A stretch of DNA of 64,000 bases from Octopus sinensis (lineage: Eukaryota). Position 1 is the stretch's first letter. Each line of letters begins with the position of its first letter. A model generated the notes under the pieces. It saw only the letters and a list, made by a program, of their open reading frames with translations, ran no database searches and was not told the DNA's origin. The DNA lies in assembly GCF_006345805.1 (NCBI RefSeq), contig NC_043006.1, positions 33,790,001-33,854,000 of the forward strand, read 5' to 3'. Shown piece by piece: positions 25,456 to 37,584 of the stretch. The position numbers were made by a program, and so were the translations under genes.

Positions 25456-26300
25456 GCTTAAGGCCTGACGAGAAACTATCAGCTAAAAATGGAGCTTCTA
25501 TCTATTGTTTAAGCTAATAGCTTCCACAATGTAATAAACCATTCTTTTTGTTACAGAATGTGAAGCTGATAACTTGCCAGAGAGAAAATAAACAATGAAA
25601 CAACCACAGCGAGGTGGAATTCGACCCGCAGACATCGAGACATAAACAAACGGATGCACCCCCACACAGTCTGTTGTATTATTGGATAAAACTAGTTCGC
25701 GTAAAACGAAACTTCACACATGTTGACGAAAGCCAGAACTACAGTGAATATATCAAAAACTTCGTACAAAACACTTAAAACCACTTATTTCTTATTTAAA
25801 AAATGCATTTTATGTCGTAATTTGCGAACAATAGTATCGTTGGTAACAGTTTCCCAATGGAGCAATCACAGGTTCACCCTATTTATGGTGATGCGATGAA
25901 CCATCTTTGCACCTTAAGCAGAACAAACATCAAAAAGTATTTTTGTTCTAAAGCAACGTTTAATTTTTTTTTGTAACGATGTTTATATCTTTCGCCTGTA
26001 TACATTATGAATGCTATGCATACATATATATGCAATTTATCCACATCTGGCTGACTTTCGCTTGCCTACATATGCAGTGAAGGCGTATGGCTCATTGGTT
26101 AGGGAGCTGCACTCACGATCATAAGATCGTAGTTTCGACTCCTGGACCGGGCGGTCCGTTGTGTTCTTAAGTGAAACATTTATTTTACGTTGTTCCAGTC
26201 CACTTGGCTGTAAATGTGACTGACCAACGTTCCATTCGGGTGGACTGCTGTGATCCCAGTCACTTATACTCCATGGAAACCGAATAACCGACCTGATGAG
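22683..26300. promoter_or_regulatory. CpG-retaining island, possible promoter or germline-unmethylated region
   Basis: 8 CpG in 23521-23700 and 5 CpG in 25295-25324, versus 1 in 8221-8700. (CG)n tracts at 22687-22763. GCCATTTT (YY1-like) at 25308-25315. Confidence 0.45.
24623..24748 (-). CDS. Candidate 126-nt exon (5' UTR ending in ATG, or a symmetric phase-2 coding exon)
   Basis: Strong acceptor TCTTCATATTTTACAG| and donor ATG|GTAGGG. One open frame: LKKITFIHRFLLVFKRPRRINNIIERDRARTPDAKMRKEKK. No homology recognised. Confidence 0.3.
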
Positions 26301-26320
26301 TCCTGGGGCCCAAGGCAGAA
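26077..26320 (+). mobile_element. tRNA-derived SINE, family D
   Basis: GTGAAGGCGTATGGCTCATTGGTTAGGGAG...GTTTCGACTCC head, followed by the family D body. Confidence 0.75.
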
Positions 26321-27403
26321 AACATGCACACTTATATGCATATGGAATTGCCTCTGCACAGGTTCCATCTAAATTTTAGCCTTTGCCAATTTAAAGCTAA
26401 GATAGGAGACTCTTGGAAAAGGTCCCACAGTCTGAGATCTGGAATCGTAAGCATATAAAGTGAACTTCTTAATCGAACAGTCACACATAGTTTTGTTCCT
26501 TCACACAAATACTGTCCTCTCGAATGCCCTCCTCACTCCCGACCCTTGTGTGCAGATGTTTACCAACACAAAATGATCATCAACTGTATCAGTGTTAGCA
26601 GCGTGTGAGGAGGACCAGGACAGCTTAAGCACTTCTGACTAATTAGTAAAATAAATTAAGAGGATGTTAGTTTTGCTGTTCATAAGATCACATTAGTAAC
26701 CACAAAGATTTTTTTAATGTCTATGCACTCACACTCACACACACACGTGCATGAATGTCTGTGCGTGTGTGTGTGTGTGTGCATATCTATTTGCCCATTT
26801 TATATGCATATATCTACATATCTGTTTACGAGTCTATATCTAGTTGGTCATTATCAGTAATTGATAAGCGTACATAATCAAATGACATATGATCTTTTTT
26901 TATTCCTAATTTACTTAATTATATCCAAGCTGAATATTTGGTTTCTCTTCTCTCTGAAACTTTTGATATTCTTTGACCCATGAGAAAAATCCAGACAGAA
27001 GTCAAAATTTAGTGGCAGAGAGAAGTTGTTGTTTTGAATTTTTTTTTTTTTTTGCTTTGTCTCACCTACTTTTAATAAGTGGAGAAATGCTACTGGCTGA
27101 CCAATGCCTTGCAGAATTTTGTAGACAGAAACTGTGTAGAATCCTATTGTATGTGTGTGTGTGTTTGTTCTTTTGTCCTCACGCCTATCACTTGACTACC
27201 GGTGTTGGTATATTGACACCCCTGTCACTTAGTAGTTCAGCAAAAGAGAATGACAGAATAAGTGCCAGACTTAAAAAATAACTATAGGGGTCGATTTGTT
27301 TGATTAAACCCTTCAAGATACAGCCCCAGCATGGCCACAGTCCAGTGACTGAAACAAGTAAATGATAAAAGATTGAGTATAGTTAATTAAATTCACCCCA
27401 GCA

Positions 27404-27550
27404 CAGTAAACCCTTGCCACATCGCGGTTCACCTATCGCGGTTTATTATTTAAGCTTACGTCAATTCCTCTGTGGTGTTGTTTTGTATTTATAATAAAAT
27501 AAATATATACAAATTATAAAAATGAGAAGAAAAATTATACAGCACCATAC
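27404..27550 (+). mobile_element. pogo/Tigger-like MITE fragment
   Basis: Starts CAGTAAACCCTTGCCACATCGCGGTTCACCTATCGCGG, resembling pogo-type termini; no second TIR found. Confidence 0.35.
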
Positions 27551-27583
27551 TTTAGGTTAGGGCTAGGGATTTTCACCTATAAC

Positions 27584-27616
<33 letters not shown>

Positions 27617-27799
27617 CACACACACAATACATATACAATGGGCTTCTTTCAGTTTTCATCTACCAAATCCACTTGTAAGGCTTTGGCCAGCTCAGGGCTA
27701 GAATAGAGGACACTAGCCCACCTGTGATAGTTGAGGGATTACTGTAGTTGAGAATGGTTTTATGCTTTTTATCAATTATAAAGGTGAATATAGGTCCCA

Positions 27800-28155
27800 G
27801 CTTGGCTGTGTGGTAAGAAGCTTGCTTCCCAACCATATGGCTTAGGGTTCAGTCCCACTATGTGACACTTTGGGAAAGTGTCTATTACTATAGCTTTGCA
27901 CTGACCAAAGCCTTGTGAGTGGATTAGGTTGACAGAAACTGAAAGAAGCCTTTTTATATTGTGTGTGTGTGTGTGTGTGTCTAGTTGTGTTTGTCCCCTA
28001 ACACATCTTGACGACCAGTGCTGGTGTGTTTATGTCCCTGTAACTTAGCGGTTCAGCAAAAGAGACTGACCAGGGTCGATTCATTCAACTAAAAATTCTT
28101 CTAGGTGGTGCCCCAGCATGGCCACAGTCTAATGGCTGAAATAAGTAAATGATAA
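27800..28155 (+). mobile_element. Family B SINE with (TG)n spacer and 3' module
   Basis: Head at 27825 and 3' module ending GGCCACAGTCTAATGGCTGAAATAAG. Further copies at 28365-28640, 38175-38545 (-), 44520-44930 (-) and 56340-56705. Confidence 0.8.
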
Positions 28156-28979
28156 CATGAGCATAGTCTAATTAAAGAAAAATCCCTTTAGTTTGGACCA
28201 TGAAAGAAACCTCATTAGAGTAATTAATTAATTAACCATTTATATAACTACAACCATAACAACAACAACATCAAAAGCAAAGAGTTGCACATGTGGACTT
28301 GAACTGCTGAAAATAGCAGCCAAATGCCTTTTCAATCAAACTTCATTTCTTAAAATATTATTAGGTGTTGAAGTGGTTTTATGATAAAAAAAAGTTTGCT
28401 TCTAAACCTCATGGTTCCAGGTTCAGTCCCACTGCATGGCACCTTGGGCCAGTGTCTTCTCTTATAGCCCTGGGCTGGCCAAATCCTTACAAGTGGATTT
28501 AGTAGATGGAAACTGACAGAAGCTTGTCATATATGTGTGTGTGTGTGTGTGCATGCGCGCATGTTCGTTGGTGTGTGTGTGTGTGTATGTGTGTGCGTTT
28601 GTGTGTGCGTGTGTGTGTATTACTGTCTCCTTGCCTTGAAATTGCATGATAGTCGGAAGTGTGTGTTATTGTTATGGAAGCAATGTACTTTGTTTCTAGT
28701 CTTCCATGAAAACATGTCTGATCACGGAGGAAATATTACCTTGCTGGGAAACAGACAAGGGTTGGCAACAGGAAAAGCATCAAGCTGTAGAAAATCCACC
28801 TCAACAAATTCCATCTGACCCATGTAAACACGGAACAGTGGATGTTAAACCAATGATGATGATGATGATTACTAGACATTGGATAACGTTCTAGGTACAG
28901 TTTGAAAAAAATAAAAAAGATGGGATGGCCAGGATGGAGTGCCTTTGATTATATGTCAATTTGTTCAGAGTTGGCTATA

Positions 28980-29845
28980 CGAGGTCTGATAGATAAGTAT
29001 CCAGACTGCTGCTAGAGTAAGAAATCTAAAGCATGCAAAGTGAAGCCACTTGGCAGAGATTGACCTTGATCTCTGATGTGTATGGAAACTAAGTTTTAAT
29101 GTTCTAGCTTGCTTCTGCTGTTTACAGCAGTGCTTGGAAGGAAGGTGTGTAGTGTGTGATCGTCACATTGACCATGACAGAGAAAGTTGTCATGGTAATA
29201 CCTGCTCAGAGGCCTACGCAAAGTTGCAGAAAGTGTGTGGAGAGGAATGTATGAGCCACACAAGTGTACGAGTGGTTCTGATGTTTCCAAGATGGCCGAA
29301 AAAATGTCGATATTGACAAACGCTCTGGGAGATCTGCAACTAGCAGAACTGCGAAAAACATTGCAGATATGCGTGTAGCTGTGAGGGGAAAATCATTGAA
29401 TCACCATCCGTGAGTTATCAGAAGATGTTCGGATTATTTATGGTTCAGTCCATTATCACTGAAGATTTGGAACGAGACATGTCTGCCAAGTTTGTGCCAA
29501 AACTGCTTTCAGCTGACCAAAAGACACTTAAGTTTCAGTTGCACAAGATTTCTTTGATTGTTTTGAGAATGATGAAAACTTTTTGAAAACTTTGCGTACG
29601 CCTCTGAGCAGGTATCACCAAGCTTTTGGCAAAATTTGATGCAGATTCTCTGCTCAACTTTCTCTGTCACGGTCAATGCTGTGATCATACACTATGCACC
29701 TTCCTTCCAAGCAGAAGTGAGCTAGAATGTTAAAACTTAATGCTCATGCACAGCAGAGGTCAATCTGTGTGCCAAGCAGCTTTACTCTGCATGCTTTAGC
29801 TTTGTTACTATGGCAGCAGTCCGGATAGTTATTGATCAGACCACA
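28980..29845 (+). mobile_element. Fold-back mariner derivative: left end, 5' transposase and an inverted copy of the left end
   Basis: TA|CGAGGTCTGATAGATAAGTATCCAGACT. Transposase remnant MTEKV...TCSEAYAKLQKVCGEECMS...FVPKLLS...DENFLKT at 29174-29590. 29589-29845 is the reverse complement of 28980-29225. Confidence 0.88.
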
Positions 29846-30137
29846 TCTGAATTAGAAGAGAAGTAGTCAGTGGATGGAAATGTGACCTATGAGAAAGGTA
29901 GAAGATGAAATATGTGGCTGTCTTTGAGAGAATAAGATGACATCTTGTTTCTTTGACTTTAATTTCTCTCTGATTAACTCCGATTAAAACAACAATAATT
30001 CACAAACAATTCCTCCATTTTGGTTGTTTTGTTCATGGAAATATTTCCTGCTTTCCTTCCTGGAATGTCAAGGCACGTCTTAGGTTTCTACATCTAGCTA
30101 TGGTTTGCTGTATGCTTCTCTCTTTCTCTCTCTCTTA

Positions 30138-30199
<62 letters not shown>

Positions 30200-30202
<3 letters not shown>

Positions 30203-31090
30203 CACACATGCATAAATATGTGTGCATCATTGTATATATGTGCATGTTTATGTAGATGCATGTATATGTGTGTGTATGTATGCATTTGTGAATGTTCATG
30301 TGTATATGTATACATGTGTGAATGTACATGTATGTGTGTGTATGCATGAGTGAATGTGCATGTGCATGTGTGTATGCATGTGTGTGTGTATGTGCAGGTG
30401 TGAATGTGTGTGTATATGCATGTGTGAATGTGTGTGTGTATGCATGAGTGTATGTGTATGCATGTGTGAATGTGTGTGTATGCATGTGTGTGTGTATGCA
30501 TGTGTGAATGTGTGTATGTGTATGCATGTGTGAATGTGTGTGTATGCATGTGTGTGTGTATGCATGTGTGTATGCATGTGTGTGTGTATGCATGTGTGTG
30601 TGTATGCATGTGTGTGTGTATGCATGTGTGAATGTGTGTGTGTGTATGCATGTGCGAATGTGTGTGTGTGTATGCATGTGTGAATGTGTGTGTGTATGCA
30701 TGTGTGAATGTGTGTATGTGTATGCATGTGTGAATGTGTGTGTATGCATGTGTGTATGTATGCATGTGTGTGTGTGTATGCATGTGTGAATGTGTGTGTG
30801 TATGCATGTGTGAATGTGTGTGTGTGTATGCATGTGTGAATGTGTGTATGTGTATGCATGTGTGAATGTGTGTGTGTATGCATGTGTGTATGTATGCATG
30901 TGTGTGTGTATGCATGTGTGAATGTGTGTGTGTATGCATGTGTGAATGTGTGTGTGTGTGTATGCATGTGTGAATGTGTGTGTGTATGCATGTGCGAATG
31001 TGTGTGTGTATGCATGTGTGAATGTGTGTGTGTATGCATGTGTGAATGTGTGTGTGTATGCATGTGTGTGCACGCGTGTTTGTGTGTGTG
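30200..31090. repeat. Compound micro/minisatellite (TG)nTATGCATGTGTGAA
   Basis: About 900 bp of 18-26 bp variant units; source of the 327, 325 and 255 aa false ORFs. Confidence 0.95.
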
Positions 31091-32412
31091 TATAAACTAC
31101 AAAATGTGGCAAGAACACAAAACATCCAGACTGTTAAGTGATACAAAAAAGGGACAACAAAACATCCAGATAGACGAAATAAAGAAAAGAAGGGCGGGTC
31201 ATTCAGAGTTTTCTTTCCTCAGTTGAGTTCCAGATTATCTTTGCAATTTTGGCTGGTTATACTTGAGATTGCTCCAATCAGGCCAGCCCCAAGGAAGAAC
31301 TAAGCTAAAAGCATTAGATTCCTTGGAAGAAAGCAGCGAATGTATACGAAAACAAGGACGGAAAAAACAATGTATATGTTTGTGTGTCTGTGTTTGTCTC
31401 CTCACCCACCACCATTGCTTGACAACCAATGCTGGTATGTTTACATCCAAGTAACTTAGTGGTTCGGCAAAAAAGACTGATAGAATAAGTACTAGGTTTA
31501 CAAAAGAATAAGTCCTGGGGTCCATTCGTTCGACTAAAGGCAGTGCTCCAGCATGGCCACAGTCAAATGAGTGAAACAAGTGAAAGAGTACACGACTGGC
31601 TCTACCTTCTCACACACTCATAGCTATGAAGGTACAAACCCCCAGATTGGCAAAGGGAAGAGGAGAGCAGCGAGAAAGAAGCTGCAGCAGTATTGTGGTG
31701 GTTTTTATTTTTTTATTGCTTTTGTGCAAGGAGAGAAACCAAATGTGCAAAGGGAAGAATTCAACAAACTCCCTAATCTTATGTCCTGCAAGAGTTTAAG
31801 TCCTGATGAGATATCGGCATACATGGACACACACATACACACATACAGCACATAGACTTCTCTGTCTGCCTGTCTTTGTCTCTGTCTCTCTGTCGCTCTG
31901 TCTCTCCTCTCTCTCTCCATCTTGCTCTCTTTCATGCACATACATATATACATACAAGCAGGCACATAAGAACACATGCGTGTGTGCACACACACATATA
32001 CACACATTCACACATGCATACACACACACACATTCACATGCATACACACACACACATTCACACATGCCAATTCTCACCTGATTCCAGGTAAGGCAATATT
32101 TCCCCATAACCAGACAGGATTTTCTGGAAGATTTGGAACAAAAGAAACCGCTTGTATGATGGTGACATTTGTTTACAACTATGAAGTGATATCAAAGCAA
32201 TGAAACAACAACACACACATGCACATATGCATGTGCACGCAACAGACATCTTTCAGTTTCTGCTTATGAAATCCATTCAGCTCAGGGCTATTGTAGAAGA
32301 CACTAGTCCCAAGTGTCTCACAGTGGAACTGAACCTGGAATCATGTGGTTGGGAAGCAAAATTCTTACCACACGGTCATGTTTGTGCCTATATGTGTGTG
32401 TCCGTGTGTGTA

Positions 32413-32450
<38 letters not shown>

Positions 32451-32708
32451 AGTGAATATGTGTGTGTGTTTATGGGTGCATTGTGTGTTTGTGTTTGTTT
32501 CCCCACCATTAGACAACCGATGTTGGTTTGTTTATGTCCCCATAACATCAGCTGTTCAGCAAAAGGGGCCAGACTTGAACAACACCAGACTTAAAAAAAA
32601 AATACTGGCATTGATTTGTTTGATTAAACACTTTAAGATGGTGCCCCAGCATGGCCACAGTTCAAGGACTGAAACAAGTGAATGATAGAAGACATGTGTG
32701 TATATAGT

Positions 32709-32756
<48 letters not shown>

Positions 32757-32789
32757 AAGTGTGTGTGTAAACTAATAACTATCTATCTA

Positions 32790-32826
<37 letters not shown>

Positions 32827-32831
32827 ATCTA

Positions 32832-32882
<51 letters not shown>

Positions 32883-32901
32883 TATTTATATATATATATA
32901 G

Positions 32902-32934
<33 letters not shown>

Positions 32935-32987
32935 GTATATGTAATATATATATATATATATATATACAGATATTATTATATAGGGTA

Positions 32988-33022
<35 letters not shown>

Positions 33023-33043
33023 TATATATATATAATGTATACA

Positions 33044-33395
33044 TTTCTACCCCCCTTCGGTCATGGCTAACTCTGGGCTTGCACCTGGAAATTTACCCTC
33101 CCAGGCACAAGTCTGGGCAAGGTGTTATGGAAGGACAGCATTGCCCATGCATGCCTACACCTGCCTATCACCGCCTCCCCTCTAAACACCACCAGTGTTA
33201 TCCAAGGGAAAGGCAGCGGCCGATACAGCTTGGCACCTGTGATGTCGCAATTCATTTCTGCAGCTGAGTGAACTGGAGCAACGTGAAATAAAGTGTCTTG
33301 CTCAAGAACACAACACTCAGCCCGGTCCGGGATTCGAACTCACAACTTCACGATCGTAAGCTCGACGCTCTAACCACTGAGCCATGCGCCTTCAC
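33044..33395 (-). mobile_element. Well-preserved tRNA-derived SINE, family D
   Basis: A box TGGCTCAGTGG and B box GTTCGAATCC, followed by the SINE body; flanked by (TA)n. Confidence 0.88.
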
Positions 33396-33457
33396 TATAT
33401 ATATACACATATATATATATATGTATACATGTATATACATACACATACACACACACA

Positions 33458-34343
33458 CAGTGGGTGGAAAGTAAGTAGGCATTAGAAATTGAATATAATA
33501 TTTTTAGCATCACTGACGTTATGACAAAAACATTTTTTAAACCGACAACACTAATTGGGATTTTTTATTTTCTTATTGTCATATTTCTTATTTTCCAGAT
33601 GGCTGATCGCCTGACTGTTCAGGAGTGAGCTAAGATAGCAGCATGCTATGAAGTGTGGAATTCAATTGTTTTGGTTCAGAGATGGTGGCGTGCATGGAAA
33701 GGTAAGCATGCAACACTATGCCTGGAGACAACAAAAAGTTGTCATGCAAAGCTGATGACCATGAGCTCTGTGAATGATGCAAGAAGTGGGCGTCCAACCA
33801 CATCCTGATCAGCAGAGGACATGGCAACAGTGCAGGAAATGTTTAATTGCAGCCCACAAAAATAAACACGTCAAGCAACTTGTGAAAGTGGACTAACAAG
33901 GCATGCAATATGTAGAGTGTTGCAGAAAGAATTGAATTTTCATCCATAGAAACACCATTATGTGCAGGAGCTAAAACCTGGTGGGACGGCACAGACCACA
34001 TGAATGGCTTCCAAGAAGGCCAGCTCTCACTCCATGTGTTTTTACCTGTGAGGTTACAAGAGGAGGTGTACAAGACAAAACCTCGCACACTGGAGGACTT
34101 GGGGACACGGATTCAGGAGGTTCTCAATGATATCCCAGATGATGTCCTTCAGAAGGTTGTTCATTCCATCCCTGGCTGTTTGAGGAAACTGTTGATGCCA
34201 CTGGTGCTTACATTGAAATATGAAGAATTACTTTTATTTTCCCATGTAATAAAGAACATGTATCATTTGTTTCAATAAATATGTATAAGGAATATGAATT
34301 TTATAACCAATCTTTAATGCCTATTTACTTTTCGCCCACCCTG
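33458..34343 (+). mobile_element. Internally deleted Tc1/mariner-superfamily element (DUF4817-type N-terminus, DD41D/rosa-like)
   Basis: TIRs CAGTGGGTGGAAAGTAAGTAGGCATTA and TAATGCCTATTTACTTTTCGCCCACCCTG. Remnant MADRLTVQE*AKIAACYEVWNSIVLVQRWWR...HYVQELKP joined to WLPRRP...EEVYKTKPRTLEDL...GAYIEI (33599-34223). The catalytic core is missing. Confidence 0.85.
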
Positions 34344-34348
34344 TGTGG

Positions 34349-34379
<31 letters not shown>

Positions 34380-34394
34380 AGAAATAAGTTTAAA

Positions 34395-34719
34395 ATAATG
34401 GTCATTACATATAATTCCTTTATTAGAGCATATCTGGCTTACAGCTGTTTCCAGTAAACATTATAGGGATGTTACTGATAGATTTGGTCAACTGGTCTAT
34501 TGATCAATTGAGGTAAATTGAATGGCCTAAGAAAATTAATGTTAAAACCGGAAATGGCTCTGATGAAAGTAGCATTAATTTTCTTAGGTCATTCAATTAA
34601 CTTCACTCAATCAATAAACCAACTGAGTAAACCTATCAGTAATGTACCTATAATGACTACTGGAAACATCTGTAAGCCAGGTATGCTCTAATAAAGGAAT
34701 TATATGTAACGATTATTAT
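34395..34719. repeat. Palindrome with 150-bp arms (Penelope pseudo-LTR-like tail-to-tail repeat)
   Basis: 34395-34544 is the reverse complement of 34570-34719; it begins just after the (TA)n run ending near 34378. Confidence 0.9.
34555..34679 (+). ncRNA. Type I hammerhead ribozyme-like motif
   Basis: Stem I TGGCT/AGCCA (5 bp); CTGATGA 34560-34566; stem II AGTAGCATTA/TAATGACTACT (10 bp, one bulge); GAAAC 34663-34667; ATCT; GTA 34672-34674. Confidence 0.75.
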
Positions 34720-35000
34720 TTTAAATTATTGCTTATATATTACTCTGTAAAAACCAGTTTATCTGAAGTCCATCCACAGATTTACAATATAGAATTGTGA
34801 TGAACCATAACTTGGGACCCTACCAAAAGATTACTTGGCGTTCTTCATTAATCTCAACAATATTGATAGCGTGGTGTGCCAACTGAGAACTTATGAAGTA
34901 TTTTGCCCCAATTGATAATCCCTCACTATTTTTTCTATATATATATATATATACATGCACACACACACACACACACACACATAGGTATTCATCAATCCAT

Positions 35001-35042
<42 letters not shown>

Positions 35043-35488
35043 TCTTTTAGCTATACACATACACACACACACATAACAAGAATGAAATATTAATTGAAGG
35101 ATCCCCCTTTAATCTGTAAAGGAAACTCTTTTCTAAGCAGCAAAGATAATAGCTTCCCAAACTTTTTCTATCTTGTTCTTACCCTCGTTACTCAGCTTCT
35201 GGAACAACCCCACCCACCTCCATGGCTAATTAGCTTACAAAGGCTGTCAACCACTTCTAGAGAGCTTGCCATATAATTGAAAGAATCCATCATTCTATGT
35301 GCTGTTTATTATCAATTTATTAAGACCAGCAAAATTAATTGAATTTTCTTCATTCTGTTCTGCAGAGCAAGTTGTGTTCTTTTTAATTGAATGCCAGGAA
35401 ATATAATTGCAGTTTTCATAGAAGCAGGTGTGACTGTGTTGTTAGAAGTTTTCCAAGCACATGGTTCTGGGATGGTTTAGTCTCACAC

Positions 35489-35718
35489 ATGAAGGCGGTG
35501 ATCCGGCAGAAACGTTAGCACGCCAGGCGAAATGCTCAGTGGTATTTCGTCTGCCGCTACGTTCTGAGTTCAAATTCCGCCGAGGTCGACTTTGCCTTTC
35601 ATCCTTGATTAAATAAGTACCAGTTATGCACTGGGGTCGATATAATCGACTTAATCCGTTTGTCTGTCCTTGTTTGTCTGTCCTCTGTGTTTAGCTCCTT
35701 GTGGGTAGTAAAGAAATA
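35489..35718 (+). mobile_element. Family A SINE nested in a family B SINE, 15-bp TSD
   Basis: TSD GGTTTAGTCTCACAC at 35474-35488 and 35719-35733. Confidence 0.92.
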
Positions 35719-35831
35719 GGTTTAGTCTCACACTGCAGTGTACAAGTGTCTTCTACTATAGCCCTTGGTTGATAGAAACTGAAAGAAAACTGTTGCAAAC
35801 ATTTGTACATGTGTGTGTGTGTGTGATTTTG

Positions 35832-35890
<59 letters not shown>

Positions 35891-36624
35891 TTGTGTCTCC
35901 CCACCGGCACCTGACAATCAGTGTTAGGTTCAGTTCTGTTGATTTGTTTACCTTTCTATAGATACCGAATGCAAGAATTTCCCACCAGTTGTCTTTTGAC
36001 TTGGATTTCATATCGGAACATTGTTATTGATAAATGACACAGTAGGGTGTTTGTATTGATGTCAGTGTATGTGTATGTGTGTGTGTGTGTGTGTGTGTAT
36101 GAGTTGTAGGTTGTTTTGTGTTTAATTGTGTGTGAGAGTGAGGGTGTGAGTGGGAGGGTATAGCATTTCAAGGTCGTCAGTTCACACAATGTAGCTGCGT
36201 GTTTCAGTTTGTGCATTCGTGATGTGGAGAAGCTGATTGGTGTCGGTTACACATTTCCAAGACATGTGCGTGTATTTGTAGTTATATGCAAAAAGAAAGA
36301 GAAAGATCAAGGGAGAGAGAGAGAGAGAGTAAGAGAAAGAGAGGAAAATTAGAAAGAGAGAAAGAGAGAACGTGCTTGAGAGAGAGAGGGAGCCTTAAAA
36401 GTTCCCATGAGTGACTTTTCTTCCTTTGTGTCTACCGGTCTTCATGTTTTAGATTTTATCTGTAAAGAAACACTAATAAGCAAACAAGAGCTCATTTATT
36501 TTAATATTCTTGTTGCTGTTGTTACTGCTGGTGGACTGTGGATAAGTCTAGCAAGTGCAGTTGATATATTCTGATAATAAATATACGTATCTAGGACCTA
36601 CGGTATATATGCATGTTTGTATTA

Positions 36625-36662
<38 letters not shown>

Positions 36663-36692
36663 TTTATTTAAAGCAGCAGAAAATTCAACAAA

Positions 36693-36734
36693 ACCTGTTA
36701 CTCTGAGTTTCCCGTTGCCGTTCATCGGAAAAGC
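36693..36734 (-). ncRNA. Minimal type I hammerhead-like motif (U4C core variant)
   Basis: Minus strand: GCTTTT-CCGATGA-A-CG-GCAA-CG-G-GAAAC-TCAGA-GTA-ACAGGT. Stem II has 2 bp plus a GNRA loop; stem III is ACTC-A-GAGT; stem I is weak. Confidence 0.55.
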
Positions 36735-36802
36735 ATATTACTCTACCACTGGTATTTGAGTGCTCTTTTTTCCACCTTGTTTCACATTTATGTGTTTACT
36801 CC

Positions 36803-36844
<42 letters not shown>

Positions 36845-37336
36845 GATGCATGTATGTATGTCTGTGTGTGTCTAAAACGTAAAGATATAAGGAATTGGAA
36901 TCAAGGCAGGAACCTTATTAGCACTTTGTTACAATCCAGATCTGGCTAACCGCATCAAATGACAGGGAACATAGAGAATTATTTAAGATGAACAATTAAG
37001 TGATGGTTCACTTGGCAGGTAAAGCAATAGCTTCGTTTTACACACCCACACAGGGGGGGGGGAACCTTGAACAAAGCTGCAAAGGAATGTCTACAAGGGA
37101 TGAATGTGACTGAATCGAATTAAATGCACATAAATACTACATCAAAGGACATTAGGACACTCATGGAGCAGAAACATGTAGCAGATTGCAATTTAATGAG
37201 AATAATACCATAATAAATAAATTTTGAAGATGTATAATTTGCCTTTCTTCTTAATGACATCCTAATCATATATATATATATATACATATATATTATATAA
37301 AATATATATATAAATATATATATTTATATATAATAC

Positions 37337-37584
<248 letters not shown>

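Noticed and set aside
26270-26325. GAAAC...CTGATGA (26293-26299) as a type II hammerhead
   Set aside because: No stem III, NUH or stem I can be formed; it is part of a SINE tail.
27552-27568. TTAGGTTAGGGCTAGGG telomere-like motif
   Set aside because: Only three degenerate units, at the edge of a transposon fragment.
30135-31146. 327, 325 and 255 aa His/Thr-rich ORFs
   Set aside because: These are translations of a (CA)/(TG)-based compound satellite; they are open only because the repeat lacks stops.
32075-32180. Minus-strand exon-like segment with CAG|GTGAGA donor and laminin-EGF-like or 'PNLPENPVWLWG' translations
   Set aside because: It aligns by eye with the repeat at 28690-28780 (TCTTCCATGAAAACATGTCTG...GGAAATATTACCTTG...), so it is a repeat fragment.
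33320-33395. tRNA-Val(TAC)-like sequence
   Set aside because: It runs straight into a multi-copy SINE body and lacks a clean acceptor stem and terminator, so it is a SINE head rather than a tRNA gene.
36160-36185. Minus-strand CTGACGA-CCTT-GAAA
   Set aside because: No stem II, III or I. CTGANGA hits at 8143, 19205, 25468, 33754 and 46675 failed in the same way.
36860-37260. Possible Penelope GIY-YIG endonuclease remnant (also considered at 10650-11070)
   Set aside because: Too degraded to recognise the GIY/YIG motifs by eye; a profile-HMM search would be needed.
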